This document shows, in pieces, positions 47,192-61,380 of a stretch of 64,000 nucleotides of DNA (the first letter of the stretch is position 1; each line of letters opens with the position of its first letter). The DNA lies in NCBI GenBank assembly GCA_032718475.1, contig JAUCBJ010006864.1:38350-102349 (forward strand). Reading direction: 5' to 3'. A model generated the notes under the pieces. That model was not told where the DNA came from, did no database searches, and saw only the letters and a program-made list of their open reading frames with translations. Source of the DNA: Nemertoderma westbladi. Taxonomy: Eukaryota > Animalia > Xenacoelomorpha. The translations under genes were made by a program, and so were the position numbers.

Positions 47192-48799
47192 GTCGTTCTG
47201 TCGTTCTGTCGCGTTCAATTTTAAACGTTAATAACTCGGTCAATCTTTGATGAAATCTATCCAAACTTGTTACACATGTTGTTTGGCAAAAGTTTAGAAA
47301 TTTTCCAAGTTGAATTTCCGTGTGGCCTTCGATCAGTTAATTAGTTAATTAAGTTGATTACGGTAAAAACACCATTTTCAACCTGCCTTTTAAAGGAAAT
47401 TAATTGTTTTACAGTATAAGATTTAAATAATTATACTTAAAAATTATACAGATGTAATCCACATACGCCATTCTATTATAGTTTTTAATTAGTTCAAGTG
47501 ATTTGCTTTAATAAATGTGTCTTTAATTGATCTAAACGTAATTAAACGGCACAATTATTGAGTACAAATTTAATCCTTCCCATTATTGGTCAAGTCTCTG
47601 CTGGTGTGGAGCTAGCTGGCTGGGAGTTGTTGCTAAGACTAACCAGAGAGGAATAGTAATAGGCAACCAGTATTGCTATTCCAGCCCAGACAGCATTCTT
47701 TAAATTCAACATCCCAACATCCTTCCTGTATTGACTTTACTATAAGTGTTGTATTGCTATCTCAGGTAAATGACAGATATAATAACATAAATACAATCCA
47801 TGGCATGGCTGTTGTAGGCTTCTGAAATAGTTTATTCCACAATGTATTTGTCTGGTTATTTTTTAATTGAATTTTTGTAAAGTAGTAAAATTAATGTTCT
47901 TAAAAAGAATATTATTATTTTATATGTAACCTAGGAAATTAGCTACATTTTTTCGCTGCAGCTTTAAAAGTGTACATTGATTTAATATTATTTCAATACC
48001 CATATTACTACATCGGCATACGATGCGTTGGCGTTGTATCACACATCTCCACATATCACACATCTCCACATAGATGTATCAACAGTTACTCGCACAGTTT
48101 CGAAACTTCGCATAGTTATAACTGTATAAAGATCGTCAGTCTGCGTTTAGGAAAAATATTTTATGACAAAACAGGACAAGCGACGAGCGCAACTAGGCAT
48201 ATAATGAAGACGAGTACTGCGTTGACTAAATTATTATATAAACCACCTGGCCTCACATATTGATCGCATCCCTAGTTATTATTATTATAAAGATCGTCCT
48301 AGCCTGCGTTTAAGAAATATATTTAAATACAAAACAGGACGACTGCAACGAGGCTTATAATGAAAACGAGTACTGCGTTTATTATATTCCTATAAACCAC
48401 CTGGCTTTGCATATTGAACGTGCGATTGGAAATAAGTTCGTGCTACCCTTCCGTGGGTGGTAGATGTCGCGGTTATGTATTGGTGGTTGGGAAGGGTGGG
48501 GGAGGGGAGATTAAAAGGGGTGAACACGTACTGTCCCCCTTTCTTTGATTGATTGGTGGTGTGGGTAAATTTCTCAAAACCTGATTTTGTGATACAGTCG
48601 CTCAATTTTAATTTGTATCTCATAACTGGGCCTCGTGCTGCGCGAATGCCTCACGAACGTGTATGTATTGTAAACACCCCTCAATCACATTACTCATTCA
48701 AAACTAGACTCAACCCACTACCAAAACCTGTCACTCAAATACATAATTGATGGACCGAAAAACGAGACATATAAATAACCCCAAAAATGTTTTACTATC

Positions 48800-51700
48800 T
48801 ATTTACATCATTGTGTGCAAAGTAGCACTTTGCAGCGTCATGACCCGAGTTTATTTATGTACCGAACGAGCGCAGCGAGGGAGGTTTACATAAATAAACA
48901 AGGGTCTTTAATGCTGAAAAGTGACATTTGCAAGCAATGATGTATGTAATTTTGTTACATTAAATGTCAACTTATCAGCGTTCGGTATGTGAAGAAAGGA
49001 TTTTATGGATGCTCATTTAAACATTTTAATCATGTACTATATTACTAATACTAATATTTCGAATATAAGTGAAATTTATTAACAGGTATACAGTATTAAT
49101 TAAACATTTATATCTATCCAATTAAAGTTTATTGTTGTTATCTCCTGCGTGGATGTGATAAATCTTTGATCCATCGTCGACTGAGTCACCGTCTGTGTCC
49201 GTTCAGTTTTACTGAACTCTGTCGCCATATTTGCTTTGCCCATTTTCTCTAAAATGTCTTCTATAAGACGTATAGAATACAGTCTTACACGTTAAACAAT
49301 TATTTACGGAAGAAACGACCGATGATGGCGATGCACTTAAGAAGTTATTCCGAACTCTCAATACGGGCGAACAGACAAACGAAATCTCAGTAAACAACGT
49401 TGAGTTTCGCAGGCTTGGGAAAGCAAACGAGGACGCCGCGGGAACGGGTAACGGAAGGATTGGAGCTGCAAACAGGAGAACACGGCCTTTACTACTAAAG
49501 TTTCAAAAGCGACAGGATAGAGAACAGGTACTGAATATGTCAAAGAAGTTGAAAAGCATCACGGAGTATACGAAAGTATACATAAAGAAGGATACACATC
49601 CAGCGATTCGGAGAGAGCGGGCGAGGCTCCGAGAAGTCGAGAATGCCGAGAAAGCTAAACCTGAGAACCAAGGATGTAAAATCTTCTACGAATACAAAAC
49701 GGGAACGTTGTACCGAGACGGGACGATAATAGATCGCTATAAGCCAAACTTCATGGCTTAGAACAGAGGCGGCAAAGATAAATGTGAGTACGATGATAAA
49801 CTTCATATTCTGTCATGGAATATAGGTACATTACGGGACAAGCTAAAAATTGAGAAAATTTTTAATTACTTAAATGACTTTGATCTCGTCTGGATTTATG
49901 AAATTAAATCCTGCGCTAAGATATCGGTACCAGGATTTAAAATTTTCAGCAACCCAAATCGTAAAGGAACTCACGGTGGCATCGCTCTGTTGGTGAAAAA
50001 TAAATTGCTAGAAGATGTAGTCTCTGTAAATACCGAGTACACAAACTTTATTTCAATCGAATTTCAATCCTACACGGACACACTGATTTGCGGCGGTTAC
50101 ATTGAACCCAAAGATTCTTCATACTATAATGATTGCGTATGGCGTATTCTACAAGGGTTTTGCCTCTCGGGTAAACAGCCAATAATATTTGGCGACCTCA
50201 ACGGACACCTATATAAACCCAAAAACGCACATGGAATAGAGATTGAAAAACTAGCCAAAGATTGTAATCTAAAAGTGATTAATAACGTACCACCAGCGGC
50301 CAGTGATCTTACATACTGACGCAAGACCAAATGGGTGAGTCAAGTTGACCTTTGTTTAGTCTCTAGAAAGATAACCTCCACAGAAAAATTTAAAATAGAT
50401 ATTTTTATAAATCAAGACTTAACACTACCATCTGATCATGCAGCTCTCGAAATCAATGTCACTGGATTACAGAAACGCGATTGGAATAAACTCATACTGA
50501 GCTCACAGAATCTTGGCGGATCGATATATCTTGATAAGTGTAAGAATAGATCAGGGAATGTGAAGGTGACAAACAATGGTGAAAACTAAATACAACAACA
50601 TTTGGACGAAACATTACCGAAAACGTGAACCTTGAGAACCTGCCTAGCAATATAGACTCAGTAACAGATTGGCTGGAACAATTTAATTACCAGGCTAAGA
50701 ATGCTTTAGATGGAGCGGTAAGTTACACACAACAGAATTTCACTACAAACCCGGCAGCTACAAGAAAAACAAATTATAAACAATGGGAAAATTTATTAAG
50801 CTCGAACGATGCAAAAGCCATATGGACCTCGATTAATTGGAAAGGTTGTATTGACGTAGGAAACAACACAACAACTAACACACCTACTGATAACGATTTT
50901 AAAAACCACTTCTCGAAGTTATTAAATAACGAGGATGCCACCTCTTTAGAAACGATTGATACGTCAAACTCCCCATATATACCATTGCTAGACGACCCAA
51001 TCACAGCCATTGAAGTAGATGACGCCATAGACTCCCTAAAAATAAATAAAAGCGCAACAGGAATAGCACCCGTCCTAATCAAAGCTTTGCCTATAAATAT
51101 AATCGTATTTTCATCGTTGCTGATTAACACGATATTTATGTCAGGTGCGATTCCATTTAGTTGGTGTTATAGTAAGCTGGTTATATTGTTTAAAAAGGGG
51201 AACCCATTAGACTGTGGAAATTACCGAGGAATTTCAGTGTGCGACTCTATATTCAAAATTTACGATTACATATTAACATCACGGCTCACAAAATGGACAA
51301 AGCCTAATAGAGTGCAAGCTGGAGGCCAAAAAGGCAGATCATGTTTTGAACAAATATTAGCCCTCAGGCTACTAATTGATTTAGTTAAATTTAGAAAACA
51401 AAAACTATTTATAGTTTTTGTAGACTTTTCTAAAGCCTATGATAGAGTCGATCGTGCCTTACTGATTGGAAAATTAGTGACATTAGGCTGCGGCCTAAAC
51501 ATGTTGAACGCTTTAAAAGGACTTTATAGGGTAACGCATTTCCGGTTAAATAATGTTGTTATAGATTTTAACATGGGTTTGAGACAAGGGTTACCAAGTA
51601 GTCTATTTCTGTTCACTATTTATATCGATGCATTAGTTGCAATGTATAATGAACTAACCAGTAGTAATACTTATTTAGACTCATTACATATACTTTTATT

Positions 51701-53181
51701 CATGGATGACACCGCCATATTTGCCGAAACAAGAAGTCAATGTGCTGCCAAATTGGAAATATTGTTTAAATTTTGTGCTTCGCACAATATGGTCATCAAT
51801 GAATTAAAAACAAAATTTATGGTGATAAATGGCAATATACATGATTATAATACTTTTCTTATTAGTGGTATAGCAATTAAAAATACCAGTTCATACGTTT
51901 ATCTAGGGTCACAATTTACTCAGGATGGCAAAATATCCTCCGCCATTAAACTCCATATATCAGAATGTCAAAAACAGTTGAGAAAATTTGGTATTTTTTG
52001 TGCTACGAATTCCAATATGCCGTTTATTTATAAACTGAAAGTTTTCAATTGTGCTATATTAAGCTCAATATTATATTCGTGTGATACATGGTTAGGGGGT
52101 AGCACTGTCGAACTAAAATCCATGTACATAAAACTAGTTAAACTTTTATTAAACGTACGAGTAACTACGCCGAACAAACTATGCCTTGTATAATTAGGGA
52201 TACCAGAAATAAGTGCAAAAATGAAAATTATTACGAAAAGTTCAATGGTTAGACTAATGAAAACGTGGGATATTAATGACCCGGTATATATTATATACAA
52301 TATGTGTAAGAAAGTTCAATCCCCTGGTTATTTATATTTAGAAAATCTTATTAATACGAATGGAAATGATTTCGTGCAAAATAATCTAATTTGTTTAAAG
52401 GACTCTATTAGAAAGATGGCTCTAGCACATACGAAGTATAAAACTTATCTAGACATAAACCCTAATTTATCCGTGCATGCAATTTATAAGCAATCAAATA
52501 ATTTTATTCCAGATAGTAAACGTGTAAATTTTAGCAGATTTCGGTTAAGTTCGCACCGCCTACGGATAGAAATGGGCCGATGGGCCCGCATACCCAGTAG
52601 TGATCGTGTTTGTATATGTGATGACAGTTCAGTACAAAATGAACATCATGCAATTTTAATGTGCCCAAAAACCGCTTTTATAAGAAACAAGTATAGTATT
52701 GTAGGCTGCATTTGTATGTCCGAATTTATGGTTCAGTTTTCAAATAATATAATAGTAAGTGCAATTACAGAATGTTTAGAAGTATTAGATAACTAGAATT
52801 CATGTAAATTTGTATTAAGTTGGACTGTATCTTTGTCGCAATGGTATATTTACAAGTTATTATTGTAAATTTATTTAATTGATTTAATTTGGAAGATATT
52901 GTCAATAAACATATATATATATATACATACAGTAGCGAGTCCCGTCACTTCAAACTGGACGCACGCATTATGCAAACACGTGCCGCTTTATTGAATAAAG
53001 AAGCACACATTAATTTAAATGGAAATAATACATTCTAGAATACGGTAATTTAAGTTGTTTACATGTCATTGATTACTTTGCAACGTTCCGTCCTATAGTA
53101 CGCAACTTTGCAAAGTAGTACTTTGAAGGGTTAAGAGTAATTTACCAGAACGCTGTTAAGTTGACATAATGTAACAAAATA
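48800..53181. mobile_element. Crypton-like non-autonomous element split by a LINE
   Basis: A palindrome of about 145 bp is centred on CGAGCGCAGCGAG (48803-48945). An IR pair ATTTTGTTACATTAAATGTCAACTTATCAGCGTTC (about 48949) / GAACGCTGTTAAGTTGACATAATGTAACAAAAT (about 53181) follows. Confidence 0.5.
49290..52930 (+). mobile_element. Near-full-length LINE (ORF1 C-terminus, APE-RT ORF2 with C-terminal CCHC), decayed
   Basis: ORF1 reads RPLLLKF..VYIKKD. ORF2 has LSWNI, FGDLNG, SDH, NYRGI, FVDFSKAYD, GLRQG, FMDD and RLSSHRLRIEMGR..C.C..NEHH..CP. Stops occur at 50317 and 52191 and a frameshift at about 50590. It ends with AATAAA plus an (AT)n tail. Confidence 0.9.
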
Positions 53182-53683
53182 TTTCATCAATCTCATGATT
53201 TTACTAACCTTTGCTATACATTCATACCGGTGTATCTGTTATGGTTGTTCCTGTTCTACCAAATGCTATATTGTAATTGAACCCTTTGATTATCTCATTA
53301 CTGATTCTAAACCGTAAGATAGACCATATGGAAAACAACATTATTAATAAATATGAGATCCCGTCTGAGATAATATCACTGTATACATCATTACATACAT
53401 ATAATACATAAATATAAATAACATACATAAACTTCAACATATATATGGTCCGGCAGATGCAGAGTTTTATTGTTGTGTTCCAATCGTCTTGGCTTATTAG
53501 TATTAATAGTTTAATGTCCTATTTTAGTTTAGTTAATAAGTTTAAGTATTTTAATTAATGAATTGTTTGAACTATTGTTTAGTAACAAATTTGAATTTAT
53601 TATAAATTTATTTATTTTATAATGGCGGTTCATTCCAAAATACAATTCCCTTAATCATCATTATAGAACCTTGAGACTCTTTA

Positions 53684-53770
53684 GGCCGCTTTCACATTAT
53701 CCAGTCAAAAAGACAAAAGACAAAATACATAAATATTATCTTAAAATTTAAATATTTCTAGAATGACCGT
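53684..53770. mobile_element. Harbinger MITE terminal fragment
   Basis: TTA|GGCCGCTTTCACATTATCCAGTCAAAAAG matches the ends of 37044-37761. Confidence 0.65.
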
Positions 53771-55469
53771 TATAAGTGTAATTCAACGTAACGGTATAAT
53801 TAATTATCAACAATACTGTAGCTATAATAAAGATTAAAATATACTGGTATTGTAGTTTCCATTAACGATTAATCCCAGCCCAGGACGTGTCTAAATAATA
53901 GATACCAAAGTACACAACGAGTGTAATCGGCATGTGATATCAGACTCTGATTGTGAAAATAGAGAATAGGGTGTTAATTTGCTACCGTGTACCACTAGCT
54001 GATCTGGTATGTAATTTTATTCTAGAAACTTTGTTGCTGCGGTGGTATGCAGCAAATACCTAGCAGTACGTGGCAAGGGCGCGGTAGGATGTTAGTAACC
54101 GCCCTTTAGCCTAAATGGTGTGCCGGTAGCGGAAAGCTGCCCTTTGCCTGTGCAAATATGTTAGACTCAGACAGATCAGTCAACAGCAAAGCCTAAAGCG
54201 CTAACCGGGCGGTACAGGATCGCTAGTAAGGTAAAGTCACCAAATTATGGAGTGTGCTATTTGCACCTAGTGTACTTGCGCGTACTAGCAAACCTCACCA
54301 GCTCGCACCTGTAAACGATACTTGTGGGGTTTCTTTTTGAATACGAGATATTTTACTCCTAAAATTTGCGGTGACCAAGGCCGTCGTCACACTTCGCCCT
54401 GATCTACAGTCTTACGGCAGGCAACGGCATCGAACGAAGTCTTACCTCGGGCATGGGCACTCTCAATCTGTCGAATCATGGTCTAGGTGGGCGCGGACGA
54501 ATTGTGTGGGTCCCTTATGCGTTGTGGGCATTCCTCCCCCTTGCTTTGATGTGGCCTAAGGATATAGCAGCCATCCTTCTAATGCCTGTTGTCTTCAAGA
54601 TAGTTACGCTAAAAGCTACATGTTATGAGTTTACAGTGTAATTTTAACATAAGCAAACAGTTTAAACAAATTAACCCAGATATCTAAAAACTCGAGGTAA
54701 TTCATTCATATTTTCAGAACTAAGTCCAAATGGTCTAACTTAAACATAGTTTCAACAACAGTATCAAAACTTTAACCAATCTCGATTTATTAGGTGGGGT
54801 ACAAATGTAGTACTTGGGCGCTATGGAGGTATTTATATATTAATAAAAATAACACAAATTTATTTATAAAGGATAGATTTATTGCAATATTGTCGATGTT
54901 ATTAACTCTTGTTATTAACTTTGGTGGGTGTAGAATGGAGTATACGCATAAGCAAATGTTTAAAAAAGTTCCTCAAGAAGTGGCGATTGGCCAATTGGAA
55001 GAGGCAGTTGTCGATGTGAAGCCGAGCGCTGAAGTCGGAAAGAACTCCGGCGAGTTCGCACTGCTGAGACAGCTTGGAACGGACAGGTAGGTGAGAGGAA
55101 ATAGAGATCCGATGGAGGATGGCAACAGGTTCACAGGAGCCGAGGTCACCCAACTAGAAGGGGGTAGGAATAATGGGTTTCCAGTCGTTGATGAGACCGC
55201 GAGCGGGGCAGCTGGGGGAACCCGCGGGGGGCCAACTGGTGCCATGGAGGGGGCAGCTGGGGCCGCAGGGAGGCTGGCTTGTGTAGGCTCAGGAACGTCG
55301 GGATTCACTCCAATGTTAGAGGTGCTGTCTTCGTTCACCTGATCGGGAGTGGAGCGAGAAACGAGACTGGAACACAAGTTCAAGTTCTTTGCAAGTTTCA
55401 CAGCGTCAATTTCTGGCACTCATACTGGATTTTTAGGTTTTGGGCAGCTTGGTCAGCAGCCTGCCAGAT

Positions 55470-58210
55470 GGCAGATAAGCCTGGCAGATAAGCTTTCTCT
55501 TAGTGCAGTGGGTGTTCAAGAGCACCGAATGCAGACTGGACATACTGATGAGGTTCTGATTAAGGACATGGGGGGCGGTTGGCGACTCGCCCTTGCTTCA
55601 GCAGATGATAGTGGCAATGGTGGAATTGGTCTATTGATGAATCCAACTGCACATGCAGCATTGGACAAAATAGACCAAATCTCTAACCACATCATCCGTT
55701 GCCACTTCTCATGTTCTGGAAGACTGGCTAAGAAGTTTCCTAAGGTGGTTCTGATTTTGTGCTACTGTGCAACTAGTGTTGCCCCTGTAGAGGAGGTGGA
55801 AAATTTCTACCAGAATCTACAAGCAGCTACTGATGGAGTGGATCAGCATGCATTCTTAACATTCCTGGGAGACTTTAATGCAAGTCTGCATCAATCACCT
55901 ACATCGTCCTGGGTCTATAGCAATAGTGTTAACCGAAATTCCGTCCATCTTCAGGATTTTATCTCTGGAAATGGATTGTTTTCGGCTGGAACCCAGTTCA
56001 AGAAGCGAACTGGAAAGATATGGACTCATAGTGGACCCAGTGGTCACAAGTCCCAGATAGACCATATCCTGTTTCGTAGGAAATACAGGAGCTCCATACA
56101 AGACTGTAATGCATTTACACTACGACCCTTCTCCAGTGATCACCGCCTTATTGTGGCCAAGGTAAGACTTAGTCTCATGCTAGCAGAACAACAAAATCTG
56201 CCTTGCCGCGGCATGCCTGGTCCTCTCTGTTGCAACAGCCAAGTGTGAGATCCAGCTTCACACTACAGCTGATCAACAGGCATGAGGTTCTTGCCTCTGA
56301 GGCAGCAGATCACTGTGAGGGCTATACTGCCTTCACAGAGGCAGTGAAGTTAGCAGCTACCGAAACAGTTCCTGTATACCCTCGAAACAGGAAACGGGCC
56401 CCATGGATTGACAACAAAATTCAGAAGTGCCGAAATGACCTCTACAAGGTGCAGAAAGAGTCCCGACTCAAACAGACGAAAGCGGCCAAGAATGCAGTTA
56501 AGGCTGAATCACCAGCCGATCGCCTCAATGGTTGGAAGGCTCACTTTGAAAAGCTCCTCAATAATGACAGGGTATTGCCTGATAAATTTATAGAAGTAAA
56601 AGTGTCTGAGTCTGTACTCCCAGATATTCCCATTGGTGATATCTCCTTTACAGAAGTGAAGGCTGCTGCAAAGAGCATTAAGACCAATCGTGTCAGTGGA
56701 ATAGATGGTGTTCCCCCTGAGGTCTTTAAAATACCTGAGTGTTTAAAGCTCATCTATCCCATCATAGTAGACATGTACCGAACAACACGAGTCCCACAAG
56801 AAATGAAAACAAATAAGTTGGTGCCAGTTCCCAAGAAGGACAACCTAACACTCTATGGTTCTTTTCGGGGAATCTCATTGATCTCGATTGCTGCAAAGCT
56901 ATACAATAGAATTCTATTAAATCGCATCAGGGATCCCATTGAGAGACTGCTCCGTGGAAATCAGAATGGGTTCCGTAAAGGTCGTGGGACCATGGAGCCC
57001 ATTTTGGCACTTAGAAGGATACTTGAAGAGTTATCAAACAAGAAAGACAGGCATCTGGCTGTTATCTTTGTTGACTTCTTCAAGGCCTTTGATTCAGTCT
57101 CTCGCTCACGTATGTTCAGCATACTTTCATTATATGGGATTCCTGATGAAAATATTGCAGTAATCAGATCAGTATACGATGGTTCGACAACATTTGTATC
57201 TACTGTTGACGGTGACACAGAACCATTTGAAGTGTTATGGGGCGTCCTCCAAGGAGACATACTTGCACCATTCTTGTTCATAATTGTTGTTGATGGGGCG
57301 TCCTCCAGGGAGACACACTTGCACCATTCTTGTTCATAATTGTTGTTGACTATGTTCTACGCATGTCCTTATATCATCATAATGATGATGGGGTGATGAT
57401 TACTCCACCTACTGGCTCCAGAAGTCGAGGAAATCCTGCCAAGTACCTAACTGATCTAGACTTTGCTGATGACTTAGGAGTACTCTCAGAATCACTAGAG
57501 GGAGCCCAACGGCTCCTCAGCTTATTAGAACATGCTGCTGCTAGTGTTTGTCTTTTTATTAACTCCAGAAAGACCAAAATTTTGACAGTTAACTTTGAAA
57601 GTCCTCAGCAAGTCTCTGATCGGATGAACATAAGCTCAAAAGATGGTATGCTTGAGCATGTGGATGACTTCAGTTACCTGGGCTCATGGATCTGGAAGTC
57701 AGGTGAGGACCTTCGAATACGTAAGGGAAAGGCATGGGCAGCCTTGAATAGGCTTTCCAGGATTTGGAAGTCACCGAGAATTAATCGTAAACTTAAGGTC
57801 CGATTATTTAGAGCAGCAGTAGTTCCAGGACTCCTCTATGGCAGTCCATGCTGGGCTCTAACTGCCGAGGACACCAAATCTCTGGATGGCACATTCACAA
57901 GAATGCTACGCCGGGTTCATTGTGTCAAGTACAATGCACACATCTCCAACCAGACACTATATAACATTGGAGGTGTCTCATTGCTTCCCTCAAGCTTGAC
58001 ACTAGAACAAAATCGCCTCCGCTTTGCAGGACATTGCTTTCGCCGTGAAGACCAGCCAGTGCATAATCTTGTACTTTGGCAGCCTCATGGAGTGAATAAG
58101 CATGGTGGACAGCCCATGACTTTCTTGAGACGCATCTTAAAGGACACTGGCCTTGAAGATGCGGATGATCTAGCAAATGTCATGGGTGATAGGGAGTTGT
58201 GGCGGCGCAA
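55470..58210 (+). mobile_element. RTE-clade LINE (APE-RT), frameshifted and slightly truncated at both ends
   Basis: Motifs VQEHR, GGIG, LGDFNA, SQIDHI, SDH, FRGISL, QNGFR, FVDFFKAFD, GVLQGD, FADD and RLRFAGHC. Frameshifts occur at about 56200 and at a duplication of about 56 bp at 57238-57350. Confidence 0.92.
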
Positions 58211-59038
58211 CTACTACTACTAGGTCGAGCGAACTCGGACAGTGGAAATGAGATCCTTCCAGGCTTCCCGATTCTCCATAGTTGTCGCAATTTCCTTTCT
58301 CCCAAGTTCAGTATCCCTTTCAAGTTGATCTATATATGTTATGGCCGGTCGTCCACGACTACGCTTTCCATGAGTTGGTTGCCAGAAAAGTAGATCTGGT
58401 ATGACCTCGTCTTTACTTCGCCAGCAGTGCCCACTGAATCTTAATCTGCGTTCACGGAGGGTGGTTGATACAGGTGGTATTGTACCATAAAGCTCGGCGT
58501 CTTTCATGTGTTGTCTCCAGCTGATGTTTAGGGCTGCCCTTAGTAGTCTTGTGTAGCAACCATCAATTCGTAGTCAATTGATTTAGTCAGTGTCCAGGTC
58601 TCACCCCCATATAAAAATACACTTTCCACTGTGGCTCGAAAGAACTTAGTCTTCAGGTGCCTGGAGAGATCTGATTTCCAGATGGTAACAATTTTTGATA
58701 GAGCTACCCAAGCCTCTGCTTTCCTAACTTCTATGTCCTTTTTGCTACTCTCTATCCATGATCCAAGGTACTGGAAGTCATCGACCTTCCTTAGTTGATT
58801 ATTATCAATGGTTGTCAAGTTTCCATCAACATTAAAGGTCATGAATTCGGTCTTTGTAGCATTTATATGCAATCCAATCGGACAACTCGGAAAGTGGAAA
58901 TAAGATCCTTCCAGGCTTCCCGATTCTCCATAGTTGTCGCAATTTCGTTTCTCCCAAGTTCAGTATCCTTTTCAAGTTGATCTATATATGTTATGGCCAG
59001 TCGTCCACGAATACGCTTTCCATGAATTGGTTGCCAGT
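58211..59038 (-). mobile_element. Second RTE family, 3' fragments with a (TAG)n tail, tail-to-tail with the + strand RTE
   Basis: Reads FQYLGSWI..FFRATVESVFLYG.ETW..RRLRFSGHCWR..STVRVRST*. The 3' end is duplicated at 58878-59038. Confidence 0.85.
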
Positions 59039-59039
59039 A

Positions 59040-61050
59040 AAGTTCATTCTTTATCTTATCTTAAATACCAAAAAACGTACGTTATCAATACTTTGTCAAA
59101 ATGACGATAACATTGTGAAATTCGGTACACAATTGTATTTCTTTTCCTTCAAAGTAGAATTTGTCATTAATGGCTAGTCGACCTCCTTTCCTAAATTCAA
59201 TAATCTTGATTTTTTATAGGTTGATTTCCATTGAATTTCGGTTGCACCAGCAGGAGATTAGGTATACCCTTTTGTGAACTCTTACAATTCGAAGTGAATA
59301 AAACCTGGTTGTCTGAAAACAAAATAAACTTAAGAAGAGCAACATCTTGACATAGCACTACAGCTAGATCAGCGATGGACATAACAAAGCAGGTTGGAGA
59401 GCAGCAATCTCCGTGCAGAATCTCCTGTAGCTGTTCTTCTTCTGTAACTTAGAGATAGATATTCCATCCAATATTTTTATTCTGATTTTTAAAAGAGCGT
59501 TACAGAAATCTTAGACTTTTCCCATTATTCCAAAATCATTATATAACCTCGAAAGAAGAATAAGAATATTTACAAAATCGAAAGCTTTACAAAAATCCAC
59601 AAAAAGTACATACGTTGTTCTAGAATTAGCAGAAGGTTGAGGCTGAAACAAAGTAGATCCTATGTCGCCCATGAGCTTTGTTTGCTAAAGTTTGCATCAT
59701 CAATCTTCCTGTTGTGGAACCAAAGTGTTCAGATGGAAACAAGTTGCCTACTCGACCTTGGACACTCTTATTTATGATACCAGTTAATAACTTCAGAAAT
59801 ATACTAATGAGGGCCAGCCACCCTTTGGTTGTTATTGGGGTCCGAAGTACTTCCTTAATCTTAATCTTAATAGAATCTTAATCTTAACAGAATCTTAATA
59901 AAACTGGTGCTCCATGAATATGGAACTAAACCGATGTTTAGGCAGGCATTGTACATTAGGGTTAGTGGGATGATTACAAGCGCAGGAGATTGCTTGAGAT
60001 GTTTGTTGTAAACGCGATCTGGACCTCTGGCCTTTCCATTTAAAGAGCTGTTGACGGTATCATTCACTTACTCCTCAGTTATTGGCATGTAGTACCATTT
60101 ATCGAGTTTCCATTCCTCCTTTGATGTTGGAATAGGGTTTGAAATAATCTTCTAGGTGAACTGGAACAATAGGAGTAACTGGGAGTTTTGTATTCGTTAA
60201 ATAGTGTTTCCATGGTTTTAGTTCAGCTTGGTTGAGTTTGTTTAGGAGGAGCTGTTCTTCAGATAAATATTCATTTTGTTTAATTGGCTTTTTATGGAGT
60301 GCCGATGGGACCAATAAAGCTCACAGCTAAAATTGGAAGGCAATCGATCATGCAGTAGAGATAATAATCTATGCTTCGATTCCTGACATTGAGTGTCTAA
60401 CCATGGTTTGCCAAGTGATCGGCTTTCAACAGTTGGGCTTCACTCTGTGGCCATGGCTATAGACGATGTTAGCATATTGGTTGCTTCATCAATCTTGTTC
60501 TCTGTAATTAGTTTATACAGTTCGTCTGTCTCGAGATGCTCTTCCAGTTTATCTGTGTTTATATTGCGGCTAAGGGGTGGTGTGGTGATGATCTATCAAT
60601 TGGTTTAGATTCAGCGTTGTTAAGTATAATAGGCTAATGTGAGTATAATCTTCTGATGTTTTCTAATAGGGTTTCTGATTATCACTGTTGAGTCAACGGT
60701 TGAGACATAGTTTGGACCGCAAGTTTAACATAAAACAAATCTATCATACTGTCTCTTTGAGGGGAGTAGTAGGTTTTACAACTGGGATCGTTGACTACAG
60801 ACAGAGATATAATAACTGCATCAGTGCACCATTAAAGTCCCAATAATTATTTATTATATTGTGTATAAAACGGCTATATCTCATGTAGGGTCCAATTGTG
60901 GCATTCACACGGACGAGTTAATAATTGTCTCAATGAGCTCAATCTCTGTGAAACTAAGTCCTACCAAAGACCAATAAACACCTGAGTTAGTCTTTTCTAC
61001 CATGTTTTTCATGAAACATTTATATTACCCACGGGGCGGGTCGGGTGTGT
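59040..61050 (-). pseudogene. Heavily decayed APE-RT LINE
   Basis: Scattered minus-strand motifs GDFNG, S.IDL, GKARGPD, FVDFCKAFD and LHGDCCSP. Confidence 0.65.
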
Positions 61051-61216
61051 CAGGTAACTTAGAGATCAACATTGACTAGAATTCCGCAAAAACAGGTAAA
61101 TGTAATTCTTATGTTCCTTTTAGGATGTAGGGTGAGGCATTGATGCAATATTTTGATCCTAGAAAATCATATGTATCACTGTTCCCAAGTTAGGCTAACT
61201 TTCGCATTAAGGGTTC

Positions 61217-61320
61217 TCATGGCATACTACTTCTACTATTAGGTGGAGCGAGCTCGGACAGAGGAAATGAGATCCTTGTATGATTCCGATTCTCCATGGT
61301 TCTCACAGCATGATGTGATC
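61217..61320 (-). mobile_element. Diverged 3' end of the (TAG)-tailed RTE family
   Basis: Reads KDLISSVRARST, followed by a TAGTAGAAGTAGTA tail. Confidence 0.6.
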
Positions 61321-61380
61321 TAAATGTTAGCTTATCCAATCCCGCTAACACCCCATAAAAGTTAAGCCGATAAGCAATAT

